From contig OX597827.1 in NCBI GenBank assembly GCA_951406725.2, forward strand, positions 37,200,001-37,264,000: a stretch of 64,000 nucleotides of DNA, in the 5' to 3' direction. The position numbers were made by a program, and so were the translations under genes. The notes beneath the pieces are model-generated. The model was not told where the DNA came from. It saw nothing but the letters and a program-made list of their open reading frames with translations, and ran no database searches. Below are positions 39,880-52,559 of this stretch, one piece after another. Source of the stretch: Octopus vulgaris (Eukaryota). The first letter of the stretch is position 1, and every line of letters begins with the position of its first letter.

Positions 39880-41855
39880 ACCCCTTTAATAAAGTCATGG
39901 GTGATGGTAACTGTATGTTCAGAGCCAATTTTTTGTGTCTCTTCTTGCAATCAGCCAGGATAGTCTTATTGATTAGTAATTGATCCTTCATTCCCCTGCT
40001 CTTATGTCTACACCCCTTTTGTTTCACTGGTAGTAGATCATTCTCATCTAGGTACTTATAGATGCTCTTTGATATCATGCCTGTCATTAGTTCCCACATC
40101 AGTGGCAAACAAGATATATTGGTTAGGAATTTCTAACTGCAATCCCTTTACTTGGTTCTTTCTGGCATAGTACCATTCTTCCTTTTACCATCAAGGCTGG
40201 TACTTGAATGTCACTATTCAGTATTTTGTCCAGCTGTCTCACAATTCTCCTGTGAAGAGCTGCCAAATTATTAAGCCAAAAGCCCTCAGCTCCATCTGGG
40301 CTAGGCACTTTCCAGTTAGGAATTTTCCTGCTCTGATCTCTAATCATCTCCTCAGTTACTCTCAAATCTTCCTGCTGATACTCTCCATTCTCATCTTTGA
40401 GTGTCTTTAACCACTCTGCTTCAGCTTCATGTTGTTTTTCCTGAGACCATATGTTTGATCTGAATCTTTTACTTTCTTCAGCATTTGGTACGGCTTTTTC
40501 ACCTTTTTCTTTCTCATCCAGTTCCTGATAGACTCATTTCTGATTTTGTTCAAAAAGTCTGTTTAATCTGTACTGCTCAATTCTCTGTTCATATCTTTTT
40601 AGATTATGTGCTTTCGCTTTCAACCTCTCTTTTAATTCCTCAATCTCAACGTTGATTTCCTTTCTCTTCACCCTATACTTCCTCTCTAGCTCAACATATT
40701 TCTCTTACTGAACTTCATTTCTCTTTTTCCATTCCAGAATATCAATAAGTTTTCTGGCCTAATTAATAGACTGCGTTATTCTCCTTTTCCACCATGGTTC
40801 TTTCAGGTTATGTTGACATTTACCTTTGGCTTTCAAACCTAACTTCCAAGCAATAAAGATCAAGATTGCATCTATCAGATTGTTGGTGTCTGTGATGTTG
40901 TCAGTCTTGATATCACCAGTGATATCATTCATTGAGTTTCTTTCTGTCTACTTTTTAAAATCCTGCATGAAAGCTCTGTTCACCAGAAGTCTAAATATCA
41001 ATGATTTAATTTAAAATGGATATCTGTTCCATGGTTCTCTCATTGCTTTCCTGATCAATAATCATAGCCTTGTGCTCATTTTTTTCTTTTAATTCCACTG
41101 CCATAGTTTCCCTATCAGCATTCTTTTCCTCATCCTTCCATTCACTACTGGTCTTACTATACCTAAGCACCCGTCTGTTAATGTTTTCTAGTTCAACTGG
41201 AGATAACCATTCATACTTTCAGACAGCTCTAGCTTGGTCACACAGATTTTGCTCACTTAATTCAAATAGGCCTCTGTCACTCCGTGCCCTGTGCATTCTT
41301 TTCATATATCCCCTAGTGGGTACTTTATCATTTCTCAGATTACCCAGAAAGTAGCATTCCATTACAGCCATATTCATTTCTTTCATCCACCTTTTAGCAG
41401 CTGCTTGATGATGACTGTGCCTACGCTTCTCACCCGTGGGGTACCCACTAGGTGACAGACCTTCACGAGGTGTTCCAGCCTCATTCATGCCATTCTCATT
41501 TCTATTTCATGATGAAGGTTAGTGAATTTTAGGTTGCACAACCACCTGTATTTTTTCCCTCATGACACCATCACTGACAGGATCTCCACCCTAGGATATA
41601 GGATTCCTGTAAACCTGGTTTAATTTTTTGAGTTTCAAGTGTTATGATTGCTTCTGCCTCTTAGGTGTGGCTGTTGCCTCGTACGAATTCATTAAAAAAA
41701 AAAAAAGACCTCATGGCAAAGTGGTCTTTTCATTACAGTAGTTCCAGTTCAATATAAATCTAGATAGATAGTAATATTCTGAGAAGATAAACAAAAAAAA
41801 AAGAGGAAGAGGAAATTTTTAACGAACTTTCTTTGTCTCATGGCAAAGCGGTCTA
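39880..41855 (-). mobile_element. R4/Dong-clade non-LTR retrotransposon, 5' half, decayed
   Basis: RGYMKRMH..SEQNLCDQARAV; PNWKVPSPDGAEGFWL; [20 protein letters not shown]; 5' end abuts (TAA)n. Confidence 0.8.
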
Positions 41856-41872
41856 TTATTATTATTATTATT

Positions 41873-42426
41873 GAGTGAGAGAGCAGTTCATGCCATCAAA
41901 GTGACACTGGGGTAAAATATACGAAGCCCAATATACCCATCATGACTACCCGTCTGATAAAGGTACACCAGGCACATGCATCACAACCATATGTGCGCGA
42001 CATGGTGATCTCATATCAAGATAAACAGCACATGACCTTGCAGGTGGGGCCCAGTTAGAATTTTCTTCAGGTTGAGTAGCCCATCCCGCTCAAACGGTCC
42101 CTGAATAAGGTTTGTTTAAGGATGTTGAAAGAACCACCCATGTTTCCAGAGGTGAACTATTCAAACCCCAAAGAATCCCTCTCAACACATGGCTATGATT
42201 CTCCCCCACTACTTCTGCTCGTGATCAGAGATGCACATATCGTCAGCCACTAAGGGACATGCTCAACTGGTTAAGGTCAAACAACTGACAAGCAAATCTG
42301 TGGTATTGAGCAGAATATTTGCTGTAGCCCATCTTTTATACCAAGACAAAACAATGTACATGATAACACTTCCAATCAGTTAAGATCAGAAGCCATGAGA
42401 GCCACTGCCTGGTACTGCATCAGGGC

Positions 42427-42430
<4 letters not shown>
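41873..42430. mobile_element. ~560-bp non-coding element embedded in (TTA)n
   Basis: Complex, GC-richer sequence bounded sharply by (TTA)n on both sides; no coding signature. Confidence 0.6.
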
Positions 42431-42473
<43 letters not shown>

Positions 42474-42474
<1 letters not shown>

Positions 42475-42584
42475 CATCTTCTTTCAATTTTGCTTCCATT
42501 TTCTTTCCAAGTGTCTTTCTGACACCTAGGGCAGAGAAACTTACTGTATACATTGGTAGGCCATCAAAATAAACACACTGGATT

Positions 42585-42625
<41 letters not shown>

Positions 42626-42733
42626 TCCAGTGTGTTTATTTTGATGGCCTACCAATGTATACAGTAAGTTTCTCTGCCCTAGGTGTCAGAAAGACACTCG
42701 GAAAGAAAATGGAAGCAAAATTGAAAGAAGATG

Positions 42734-42734
<1 letters not shown>
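42474..42734. repeat. Near-perfect 115-bp inverted repeat with a (TAA)n loop
   Basis: 42474-42588 against 42620-42734, one mismatch seen. Confidence 0.92.
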
Positions 42735-42794
<60 letters not shown>

Positions 42795-43628
42795 TACTAG
42801 CAATATCATTTTAATGGTTGTAGTAATCAACTGAATGGTTTATGTTTCTATTGCCATCAAATGATGTATTCAGAAAGACACGTCTGACCTGTCAGCTTTT
42901 GTGTTGGTCATGTTTTAGAACCCTTTCATATAAAACAATGGAAAACAGAGGTGGTTTCTTCAAAAGTAAGATTTCTTGTTAAATCTATTCATTCCAGTGA
43001 CATTGTAGAATATTTTCAACTCCTACCTGTAACTGTGTGTGTCATTTATCTCAATCAGAAACAAACAGAAATTTCCAACAAATGGCATCCAATGGAGAAT
43101 TTCTTGCACTTTGCTTCCTGCTATGTTTTCTAGATTTGTCTAAAAGACCTGGAACAAATATTTTGATGGAAATTTTTGTTTTTATCCACAACTTCGCTGG
43201 TTGTTTTCTTAATTAGTCCTTACATTACTTTGTTGTTCTTGTTGTTTCATCTTTTGCTTTGTCTTTTAAGCATTTTTTAAGCATAAACACAAATGTGTAG
43301 ATACACAATTCATACACACACATGATGGAGCCTACATGTGCCCCATCATGACATTTATGCCATCACACCATTACTCTAAAAATATTTCAACAACTACCAT
43401 CAGCCATCACCTCCATCAAACCATCACAGCTACCATCATCACAATCACTAGCAAGGGTTGCCCATGTTTCTCAGTTAGCCATAGACAGAGTCTTAGCATC
43501 AGTAGAATTTATCATATAAGACTTCACTATCATCATAATCATCTTTATCCTCACCATTAACCCCATTTTTAACATTATCATCACCATCATCATCATGCTC
43601 TTCATTATCACCTTCATCATCATTCTCT

Positions 43629-44607
43629 TTATTACCTCTGCCTTAGCAAAGGTGGAGGTATTGTTTTCAGTTGTGTTTGTGTATCTATGGACAAGTTATC
43701 TCAAGAACTGCTGGATGGATTCGGATGAAACTTTCAGGGATGTTTGTTCTTACGACTGGCACAAACTGATTAGATTTTGGGATCGATCTGGTACCGGACA
43801 AGAATTCTGGATTATTTGTTATATTTGCTTGAAGTATTATAATCTTACATTGACTTTCAAGTCCTTCTCTGATTATCTCCCTTAAAAGCATGCTCATGGT
43901 TTCCACATAAGTTATGGCAACATTGCTGTTTCCAAAGTTTTATTTTCGTTTCTCAATTTTACTCACGTCTCTGTCTTAGAAACTGATGGATAAATAAATC
44001 AAACTACATAAACAAACAGCAGCAAAACTGTTCAGAAATTAAATAACACTAACATATTTAGAAACAATAATAAATTTAATTTATCCTCAATAATTTTAGT
44101 TTTACCAATTTTAAATATATTGCTCCTGTTTAACTTCTTATCTACTTGACAAATGCATTTCTAGTTCTGCCTTGAAGGAAGCTTTACTTCTTGGGCTCCT
44201 GCACGTCCTTTCCATTTTCTTTCACACATGGCTAAATTTTTCACTATAGACCTTAATGGTCATAAAGATACTATATCAGTGGACAGACTAAAAAAGGTCT
44301 TCATAGAGAAAACTGTCCCTGTTCCCACTGCAGATGACACACACCCAACATTACAAACACAGCCTGTACACTTACCTTCACATTCCATGACTACCATTGT
44401 GATCGATCAGGTATTGGACAAGGATTCTGGATTATTTTATCAGATGTTTTAGTTAATTTTTGAGAGTAGTCGGGTTCATTTTCTGTATTCTCATTTGTGA
44501 GAGCAGTTGAGTTTATTTCAGATATTCTCATTTTAAAAATCATCTCTGACTAATCGTTGAGAGGACACTAGCGTTGCCTTGATCGTGGTTTGCGCTCTCT
44601 GGGTACT
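43629..44607 (+). mobile_element. Helentron/HINE (DINE-1-like) non-autonomous element
   Basis: 5' TTATTACCTCTGCC..GGTGGAGGT hairpin, 3' GGTTTGCGCTCTCTGGGTACTT end, internal duplication at 43781 and 44401. Confidence 0.6.
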
Positions 44608-44611
44608 TTTA

Positions 44612-45056
44612 TCATCATTACTATCATCATCATTCTCTTCATCACTGCTATCTTCCTCATTCTCTTCATCATCCCTTTCATTACTATCTCTTTATTATCA
44701 TTACTATCATCATCATTCTCTTCATCATCACCATCATCATTCTCTTCATCCTCACCATCATTATCATTCTCTTTAGTATCATTACCATCATCATCATCAT
44801 TGTTAATCTCTTCATCATCACATCATCATTATTCTCTTTATCGTGACCATTGTCATCATTCCCTTCATTATCATTATCATCATCATCATTCTCTTCGTCA
44901 CTACCATCGTCATCATTCCTCCCATTATCCTTACCATCAGAATCATTCTCTTCATCATTACTATCATCATTATTTTCTTCTTCCTCACCATTATATTATC
45001 ATCCCAATGACAATCAACATTTCACTATAATTACCACCAATATCATCATCATCATC
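44612..45056. repeat. Degenerate (CAT)n / CATTCTCTT low-complexity array
   Basis: Seen directly. Confidence 0.9.
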
Positions 45057-46147
45057 CTTGTTAAATCCTCCTTTTGTCTGCAGTTGTTATACTAGTTTCT
45101 GTGTTTTGTGTGTATGCATGAGTGAGTGTTGATGGTATATTATGCTTTGTCTGTCTGTGTGTTGGAGGTATGAATTAGTAGTATTATGCATGCATTGATG
45201 GTATTCTTAGTAAAAAGACGTGGAATATAGAAATGTACAGAAGACAACTAGGGAATAAAAATAGTTAAATTCTTGCAATAATTTTAATGTTTGTATTTTG
45301 ATTTTTGTGCTAGCATAGTTTGGACAGTAAAGCATGAAAACACTCATGCACTTAAACACAAACATGCATACATACATACGCACTCACACTCATTCACTTA
45401 GACGTATTAAATGAAAATATAAAAATAGCACACAAAAAATATATAATGAATTCTCATCTGTGTGTTTGACCTCAGAAATGATAGCGGGAAGAACCACAGG
45501 ATTTTTGTGTGAATGAAGAAAAAGAAAAATGTATTGTGAATATTACACTTTCCCTCTCATCCAAGACTAAGAAGGGAGGTGGATATGAAAAAGAATGTAA
45601 TGATTATAATAATGAAATAATAGAATAAAAGCAGAAATGTTTTCATGATATTGCAGACCTCAAGGAAATTCATTTTTAGAATTTTTTTGTTTTATTTTCA
45701 AACAAGATCTTAGAATCAGGTTTCAATAACAACAGATATTCTCAGGATAATTTTGATGAAGGTTTTTAGGAGAAATTTTATATTTTGCTCTTGTTATTGT
45801 TTAATGCACAACTCTGATTTAGCATATTTGTGATCAAAAGCATTCCTGCTGTAATCATACCACCTTTTTTATTTTCAGACACATTTCATCTAAGACTACA
45901 TTATTCAATGTGCCTTGCCACTTTTAAAATACTGATATGTAATTTGAGGGAGACCTGGTTCCTATTTCTAACATTTGTGGGCTCTGACAGTAGCTATTCA
46001 TTGCACTTGTATTAGTTATTGAATTTGTTGTTCTATATATACAAGGTTACTACATACCAAATTAATAGTGGACCAACACTACTTTTTTCTTCTTTCCTAA
46101 TATACATCATAAATATACTTAAAATTTATTAAAGACCATCATGTATT

Positions 46148-46206
<59 letters not shown>

Positions 46207-46343
46207 GGTAAAATTAATTAATTAACTAGTAATTAATAATTCTACCAAGTAGAATTCAGCATGAAAAAGGACCATTTTTCGGTAAACTTAAACAATACTT
46301 TATAATTACGAGTATAATTATAAAATATTGTACATATATATAC

Positions 46344-46432
<89 letters not shown>

Positions 46433-46439
46433 AAGAGAG

Positions 46440-47340
46440 AATTGTACTGGATACAATTATACTTAAGGGCATGGAAACTACCTTACCTATATGCTGAAAA
46501 TAGATGTCAAATACATCCAGCCACTGCAAATCTTCACTATATATACTCAGGTTGAAAGTGGGGAAAGCAGACTGATTTAAAATTCAAAAATAATTCAGAT
46601 AGTTTTGGGTTGATCAATTTCTGGATTAATTTAATAACTTTTCGTTCATCAGTAAAACATACTGAGTTAAATAAATGAAAATATTTATACACAGAAAAAC
46701 ACAAGCAAATGTGAGTACACATAAATTCACAAATATATACACATCGAATTTTCTTAGTCCCCCTCAACATGTGTTATTTGGTCAGAATAGTACAGAAGTA
46801 AATGAACTGACCCGAAGTAAATGGGAAACACTTAAACATAATTAAAAGATAAAATCATTAAAATTAATGAATTTTATCAATGGCCAGCATATAAAAAATA
46901 ACCTTTTAGGTAAAATACATATATAGAGATATATAATTATATTTTTGTGAATATTTATGTGTACTCACATTTGTTTGTGCTTTTCAGAGTATAAATATTT
47001 TCATTTATTTCACTCAGTATGTTTTGCTGATGAAGGAAATATTATTAAACTAATCCAGAAATTGATCAAGCCAAAACTATCTGAATTATTTTTGAATTTT
47101 AAATCAGTCCATTTTCCTGCTTTCAACCTGTCTGTATATAGGGAAAATTTGCAGTGGCTGGATGTATTTGATGTCTGTTTTCATCATAGAGACATGGTAG
47201 CCTCCGTGCCCTTCAGTATAATTGTATCCTATACAATTATATAACTTTATATATGTATTTTACCTAAAAGGTTATTTTTATATACTGGCCATTGATAAAA
47301 TTTATTGATTTTAATGATTTTATCCTTTAATTATGTTTAT
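46440..47340. mobile_element. Compound fold-back element
   Basis: 46440-46738 inverts 46945-47238, and 46833-46938 inverts 47236-47338; microsatellite flanks. Confidence 0.82.
47024..47070 (+). ncRNA. Degenerate hammerhead-like motif (mirror about 46611-46655, minus)
   Basis: CTGATGA-AGGA..TCC-A-GAAATTGATC; stem I is weak. Confidence 0.45.
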
Positions 47341-48126
47341 ATATACACACATACACACACACACATGCACACACACACCTCTATTTAGATATACATATAT
47401 ATCTATATATATAAAACAGAGAATGTGTGTCTGTTTGTCTGTCTGTATGTATGTGTGAATCCCTAAATCTCAAGAACTACCCAACTGATTTCATTCAACT
47501 TATACACCTACATTATCTTTAAAACTCTGCCCATTTGAAGGATCCTTGAACTTCCATGAAAGAAAGTGAAAGAAAGTCTTTGTTAAATATGATAATATAA
47601 ATTGTTTACATGTTTTTAAGTTAAGAAACAATTTGTGATGATATTAGAAATTTTCTTATCTTTAATACATTAAAAGTCAGCATGAATTTTGCTTGCTTGC
47701 AATGTTACTCAGCCAAACTGGTATATTATGGGAAAATACTATGAATAAAACAAATTTCATGTAAATCAGACAAGTGGTTGTGGAGATATTGGGGGGTTTT
47801 CAGGTTATAAATACCCAAAACGATGCATAATGGGGAAATATTCCAAAAATAACTTTATCCTGAAAGGGAAGAAACTCTTACCTTTCAATTAGATACAGTG
47901 ACTTGAAAACGAAAAAATACGATTTGTTTTATACAGTAAGTATTTATATTTTAGCTTTCTTTAAACAGAAAATACTTTAATGCTTTTAAAATTATTTTCA
48001 AGTGAATACCATTACAAAAGGTTTTTTTGGGGGCATTTAAAAAAATATTTTAACTTTAAAAATATGGTAAATATTTCGCAAATGACAAATCATTCATAAC
48101 TTCAGTGTGGAGTAAGTTTTTCCATA

Positions 48127-48286
48127 GTCGCAGGAGTGGCTGTATGGTAAGTAACTTGCTTACCAACCACATGGTTCTTGGTTCAGTTCTACTGTGTGGC
48201 ACCTTGGGTAAGCATCTATTATTGCCTCAGGTTGACCAAAGCTTTGTGAGTGGATTTGGTAGATGGAAACTGAAAGAAGCCCGTCG

Positions 48287-48343
<57 letters not shown>

Positions 48344-48516
48344 ATGTGTGTGTCTGTGTTTACATCCTCGTAACTTAGCAGTTCGACAAAAGAGATCAAT
48401 AGAATAAGTACTAGGCTTATAAAGAATAAGTCCTGGGGTCGATTTGCTGAAATAAAGGCAGTGCTCCAGCCTGGCTGCAGTCAAATGACTGAAACAAGTA
48501 AAAGAATAAAAGAATA
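48127..48516 (+). mobile_element. SINE, family 1
   Basis: Same head, internal tract and tail as 14181-14605. Confidence 0.9.
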
Positions 48517-48913
48517 GTTTTTTTCAAGCGCATTCGACGTATCTCACCTCCAAAGATTTGGCTGCTATTTCTAGCACGCCCTGCTACCACGTAACAGCTA
48601 TTTGTGATGAAATACCTTTCTGGGGAAAGGAGCCGTTTACACATGCTTTCAATGTCACATTCATTGAAAGCGTGTGAAATAACCTGGAAAAGAAAAAAAA
48701 CACCCACGAAGCAAAAAAACTCCATTGCTGTGAAACTTAGACTTTCCTGGTAACCCTACAGGTCATGGGTAGTCTATTGTTAAATAAAATTTCATCAAAC
48801 CATTTCTCTGTCATTTTTGACTTTATACACTCCTTATCATTTTCTCTCATATTTACTGTATATTCTATATGTCTTATAGAATGATACATCTAAACGTTTT
48901 CCTATGAGTACTG

Positions 48914-48956
48914 CAGTCTGACAATGGCTTAGCTGGCTGAAACTTCGAAGTCATTG
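48914..48956 (+). ncRNA. Solo minimal hammerhead motif
   Basis: cagt-CTGACAA-T-GGC(ttagctg)GCT-GAAACTTCGAAGTC-attg; palindromic stem III ACTTCGAAGT; G8 is A, consistent with CpG decay. Confidence 0.62.
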
Positions 48957-50258
48957 TCGATAATATTCTTATTTAAGAATAATGAATAATACATACATAC
49001 ATACATACATACAAATATACAATCATTTATTCATTCATTCATTTTGTGTTATGCTGAGAAGTGGTGCATGATAAACTGCTCAAATTATTGTTAAAGTATC
49101 CACACAAGTGGAGTCTAGACTGGTTACTTTGTACTTGTACCCAGTCATATAAGTTATAGAATTAAAATTTTTTAACTGAGGAACGTTTATGTATAATGGA
49201 TGCATTTCCTATTATATATTATGCAAACCTGAAATGTTCATATTAAATGGTTTCAAAATATTACTATTTGATTTGACTTCACTATTACAACTTACACACA
49301 CACATAACATCAGTGACACACAAACCGTAATATATCATTTGTATTTACATTTCTGCCTTGTTGGTCATGCAGTAAGCTTTCTGTATCTTTTCATTCCTTC
49401 AGGTGAAGCAGTGTCATGACATTGTCATCCTCTTTTAATTTTAGTTACATTTATCAATTCCTCTCCCTCCAATTTCCTTCATACGCCTCATTTCTCATTC
49501 CATTCACTTTTCTGTTTTCTCAGCTACCAAACACACACACACATATAATTATAACATATGATTTTTTTAAACTGTTCATTATGCATTTTGTGTAAGAGAG
49601 GTGACAGATTTATGTGTTTTCGTCTTTCATATTGTTTGCAGAAATGTTTCTTTTCAAACAACTGAATAACTGCTTCTTCCATTAAACACTTGTATGTGAA
49701 TAGGGGTGGAACCTTTTTAGCAGGCAGGCAGACTGACACAACATAATGCACAACGTCACTAGTAGTAGTAATAGTAAAGGTGGCAGCAGCAGCAGTGGCA
49801 GCTACAGCAGTATGAGTATGAGGAAGAGGAGAAGTAGAAACAGCAGTAGTAGTGGTGGTGATAGTGTTAAAACTTTCACGTCCCTGTGGTCAGTACATTA
49901 TTTTAAAACAACCTTCCATGACTAGTATTGTAGATTCTAAATTTGAAATAATGAACACCACCACCATCAACAACAACAGCTATAGCAGTAGCAATAAACA
50001 TGAAAAAACAATGTGATAGAAATATATTAATAACATATTAATGGAAGATAATGATGTTTGATCAATGTAAATGGGGAGGAATTTGAAAGTGTGAACAGCA
50101 GGAAATGTTATTGGATGGGAATTATTATTTGCATACTTAATGCTTGAATATAAATTTGGAATACTAATGACAATGTTATTTCATGAATAATCACAAAAGA
50201 TTTGCATGTGTGTTTGTGTGTGTGTGTGAGTGTGTATATACATACACATGTATGTATG

Positions 50259-50292
<34 letters not shown>

Positions 50293-50425
50293 CATATATG
50301 TATACATACACACACACATACATATATGCATGAATGCATACATACATGCATACATGCATACATACATACATACATGCATACATACATACATATATATATA
50401 TAAATATATATGTGTGTGTGTGTGT

Positions 50426-50727
50426 GTGGAGTCGCAATGGCCCAGTAGTAAGGGCAGCGGTCGTAGGATCGCGGTTTCGATTCCCAGACTGGGCGTTGTG
50501 AGTGTTTATTGAGCGAAAACACATATAGCTCCACGAGGCTCCAGCAGAGGATGGTGGCGATCCCTGCTGTACTCTTTCACCACAACTTTCTCTCACTCTT
50601 TCTTCTGTTGGCCTGCTCGCTGAGCCAGCAGGGTGGCGCCATTTGAAGGCTAAAACAATGCGAAGCGCATTGTGACCAGCGATGTGTAGCAACATCTGAT
50701 AGCCTGGTCGGTCACATGATCACGTGA
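50426..50727 (+). mobile_element. tRNA-derived SINE related to family 3, with a different 3' end
   Basis: Shares head and centre with 27576-27760. Confidence 0.82.
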
Positions 50728-51120
50728 TATATATATATAGATAGATAGATAGTCAAGGCACATGGCTTAGTGGTTTGGGTCTTGAACTCATGATTGCAAG
50801 ATCGTGGTTTTAATTCCCAGACCAAGCATTGCATTATGTTCTTGAGCAAAGTACTTCATTTCATGTTGCTCTGTTATCATAAGTGGCACATGGTGCAACT
50901 GTACAGGTAATGTCAATTGATGGAGGCAGTGAGCTTATGTGAACACAAACATTTGATCACTATAAACTAATCATCTATGTGGTTGTTCGGCAATTTCTTG
51001 CCAAACCCTCATGCATCATTTAATGTCAGGAGAGTCCTTCTGGTCATTTCAAAATGTAACCACATGTGAATCATTGGCATTTTTTTCCCTCCGTCTTCCT
51101 TTTTTATTGGACTTTACTCT

Positions 51121-51155
51121 ATTTCTGAAGATGAGCTTTGCTTGAAACTTTAAAT
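51121..51155 (+). ncRNA. Decayed minimal hammerhead in a PLE 3'-end relic (about 51060-51255)
   Basis: attt-CTGAAGA-T-GAGC(ttt)GCTT-GAAACTTT-aaat; downstream CCTGA..CTAATAC..CCAC resembles the 21088-21253 terminus; ends at (TA)n. Confidence 0.55.
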
Positions 51156-52559
51156 CATCTTTCTTTCCTTCCCTGAACATCTGCTAATACTTTACATGTA
51201 CCACATCCTTGCATTGTTTTTTTTTTGTGTTTGTTCTTCGTTTTTTAAAATTTATTATATATATATATATATATCAGTAAGTAAGATTCAGTTGCATTAG
51301 GTACTTAAATTGAAGCACCAAGTCAGTCCAGTATTATCCTCACAGCTCAAAGTAAGGGGAATTAAAATCAAAATAAGTAACAGGATTTCAAGTAGTAATG
51401 CAGTTTCAAGTGGCTCCATTTAATTGAACAATGCAATCATTACATCAATTTAAATACCGCTCTCTCTTCAGCTTCACAAATATGGATTTTCAACAGACAA
51501 GATATATTAATATAATTTTTCTTAAATATTTTAACAGAGCAAGAGGATGGAAGAAATTCATGTCACTGTTTTAGCAAGAATAGCTAAGAGAATAACAGAC
51601 TACAATTTAGTGTGGCATGAAACACAATGGGGGTCATAGGGTTGTAATTCATCCTACATAAATATCATCATCATTTTTAGGCATTGTTCTGTGGTGAAGA
51701 AGCTTCACATTGGAACGATGTGTTTAGGGGTGCAGCACCACCATGTGGTCGTTATCATCTGGTATTCTGTATTGCAGCTGTAGATCACCTAATGTCTTGT
51801 GAATGAAATTAGAAAATGGAACCTGAAGAAGCTTCTTACGCATACACATACACGCACAAAAGCACACACAAACACACACACACAGACACACTCAGAGTCA
51901 CTCACTCACAAACACATGCATACACACATAATTTTTTTATAAGAATAATGTTGAGAATGATGCCATGATTTCATCAGACTGTGGTTTAATGTAGTTCATC
52001 TTCACTTTATATTGTCTTTAGTAAGTTTATTTCTTCTGGGGTAGGTGGAGCTCTGCAGTATGATAATTATATTGTAGGGTGAGTATTTGATACAAATATG
52101 TCATAGAAGAGTTTTATCAATTAAATTTGGAGTTGTGTTATCATTCAGCATTCAGTGATGCATGTAAGACTTTGTAACCAAGTGTGTCTTTTTAGATGTA
52201 TAAGCTTCAGTTCTTTGAATTACTCATTAAGGTTCACAAAGAATGTAAGTAGGTGAAAAGGGTAGTTGGTCTGCAGATGGGTAACTAGGTATAGTTGTTG
52301 ATGTTATTTGAACACTAATAGGAGATTCAGCCTGTTTGTTTTGGGAAGATGGTGGTTGTTGTCCATATTCAGTCCAGCAAGTAAAACTTTTTGATTTGGT
52401 GTGTTTATGTGGGAGTGTTAGCTTTAGGTCATAGAAGTTTTAGTATAGAAATTTTGTTATCTTGTTTTTGTTTAAGAGTTCACAAAAGAATGTAAATAAT
52501 TTGAAAGGTTAGTTAGTCAGCAGATTGAGTGCTTTCTTAACATTAATTGAAAAACAGGA

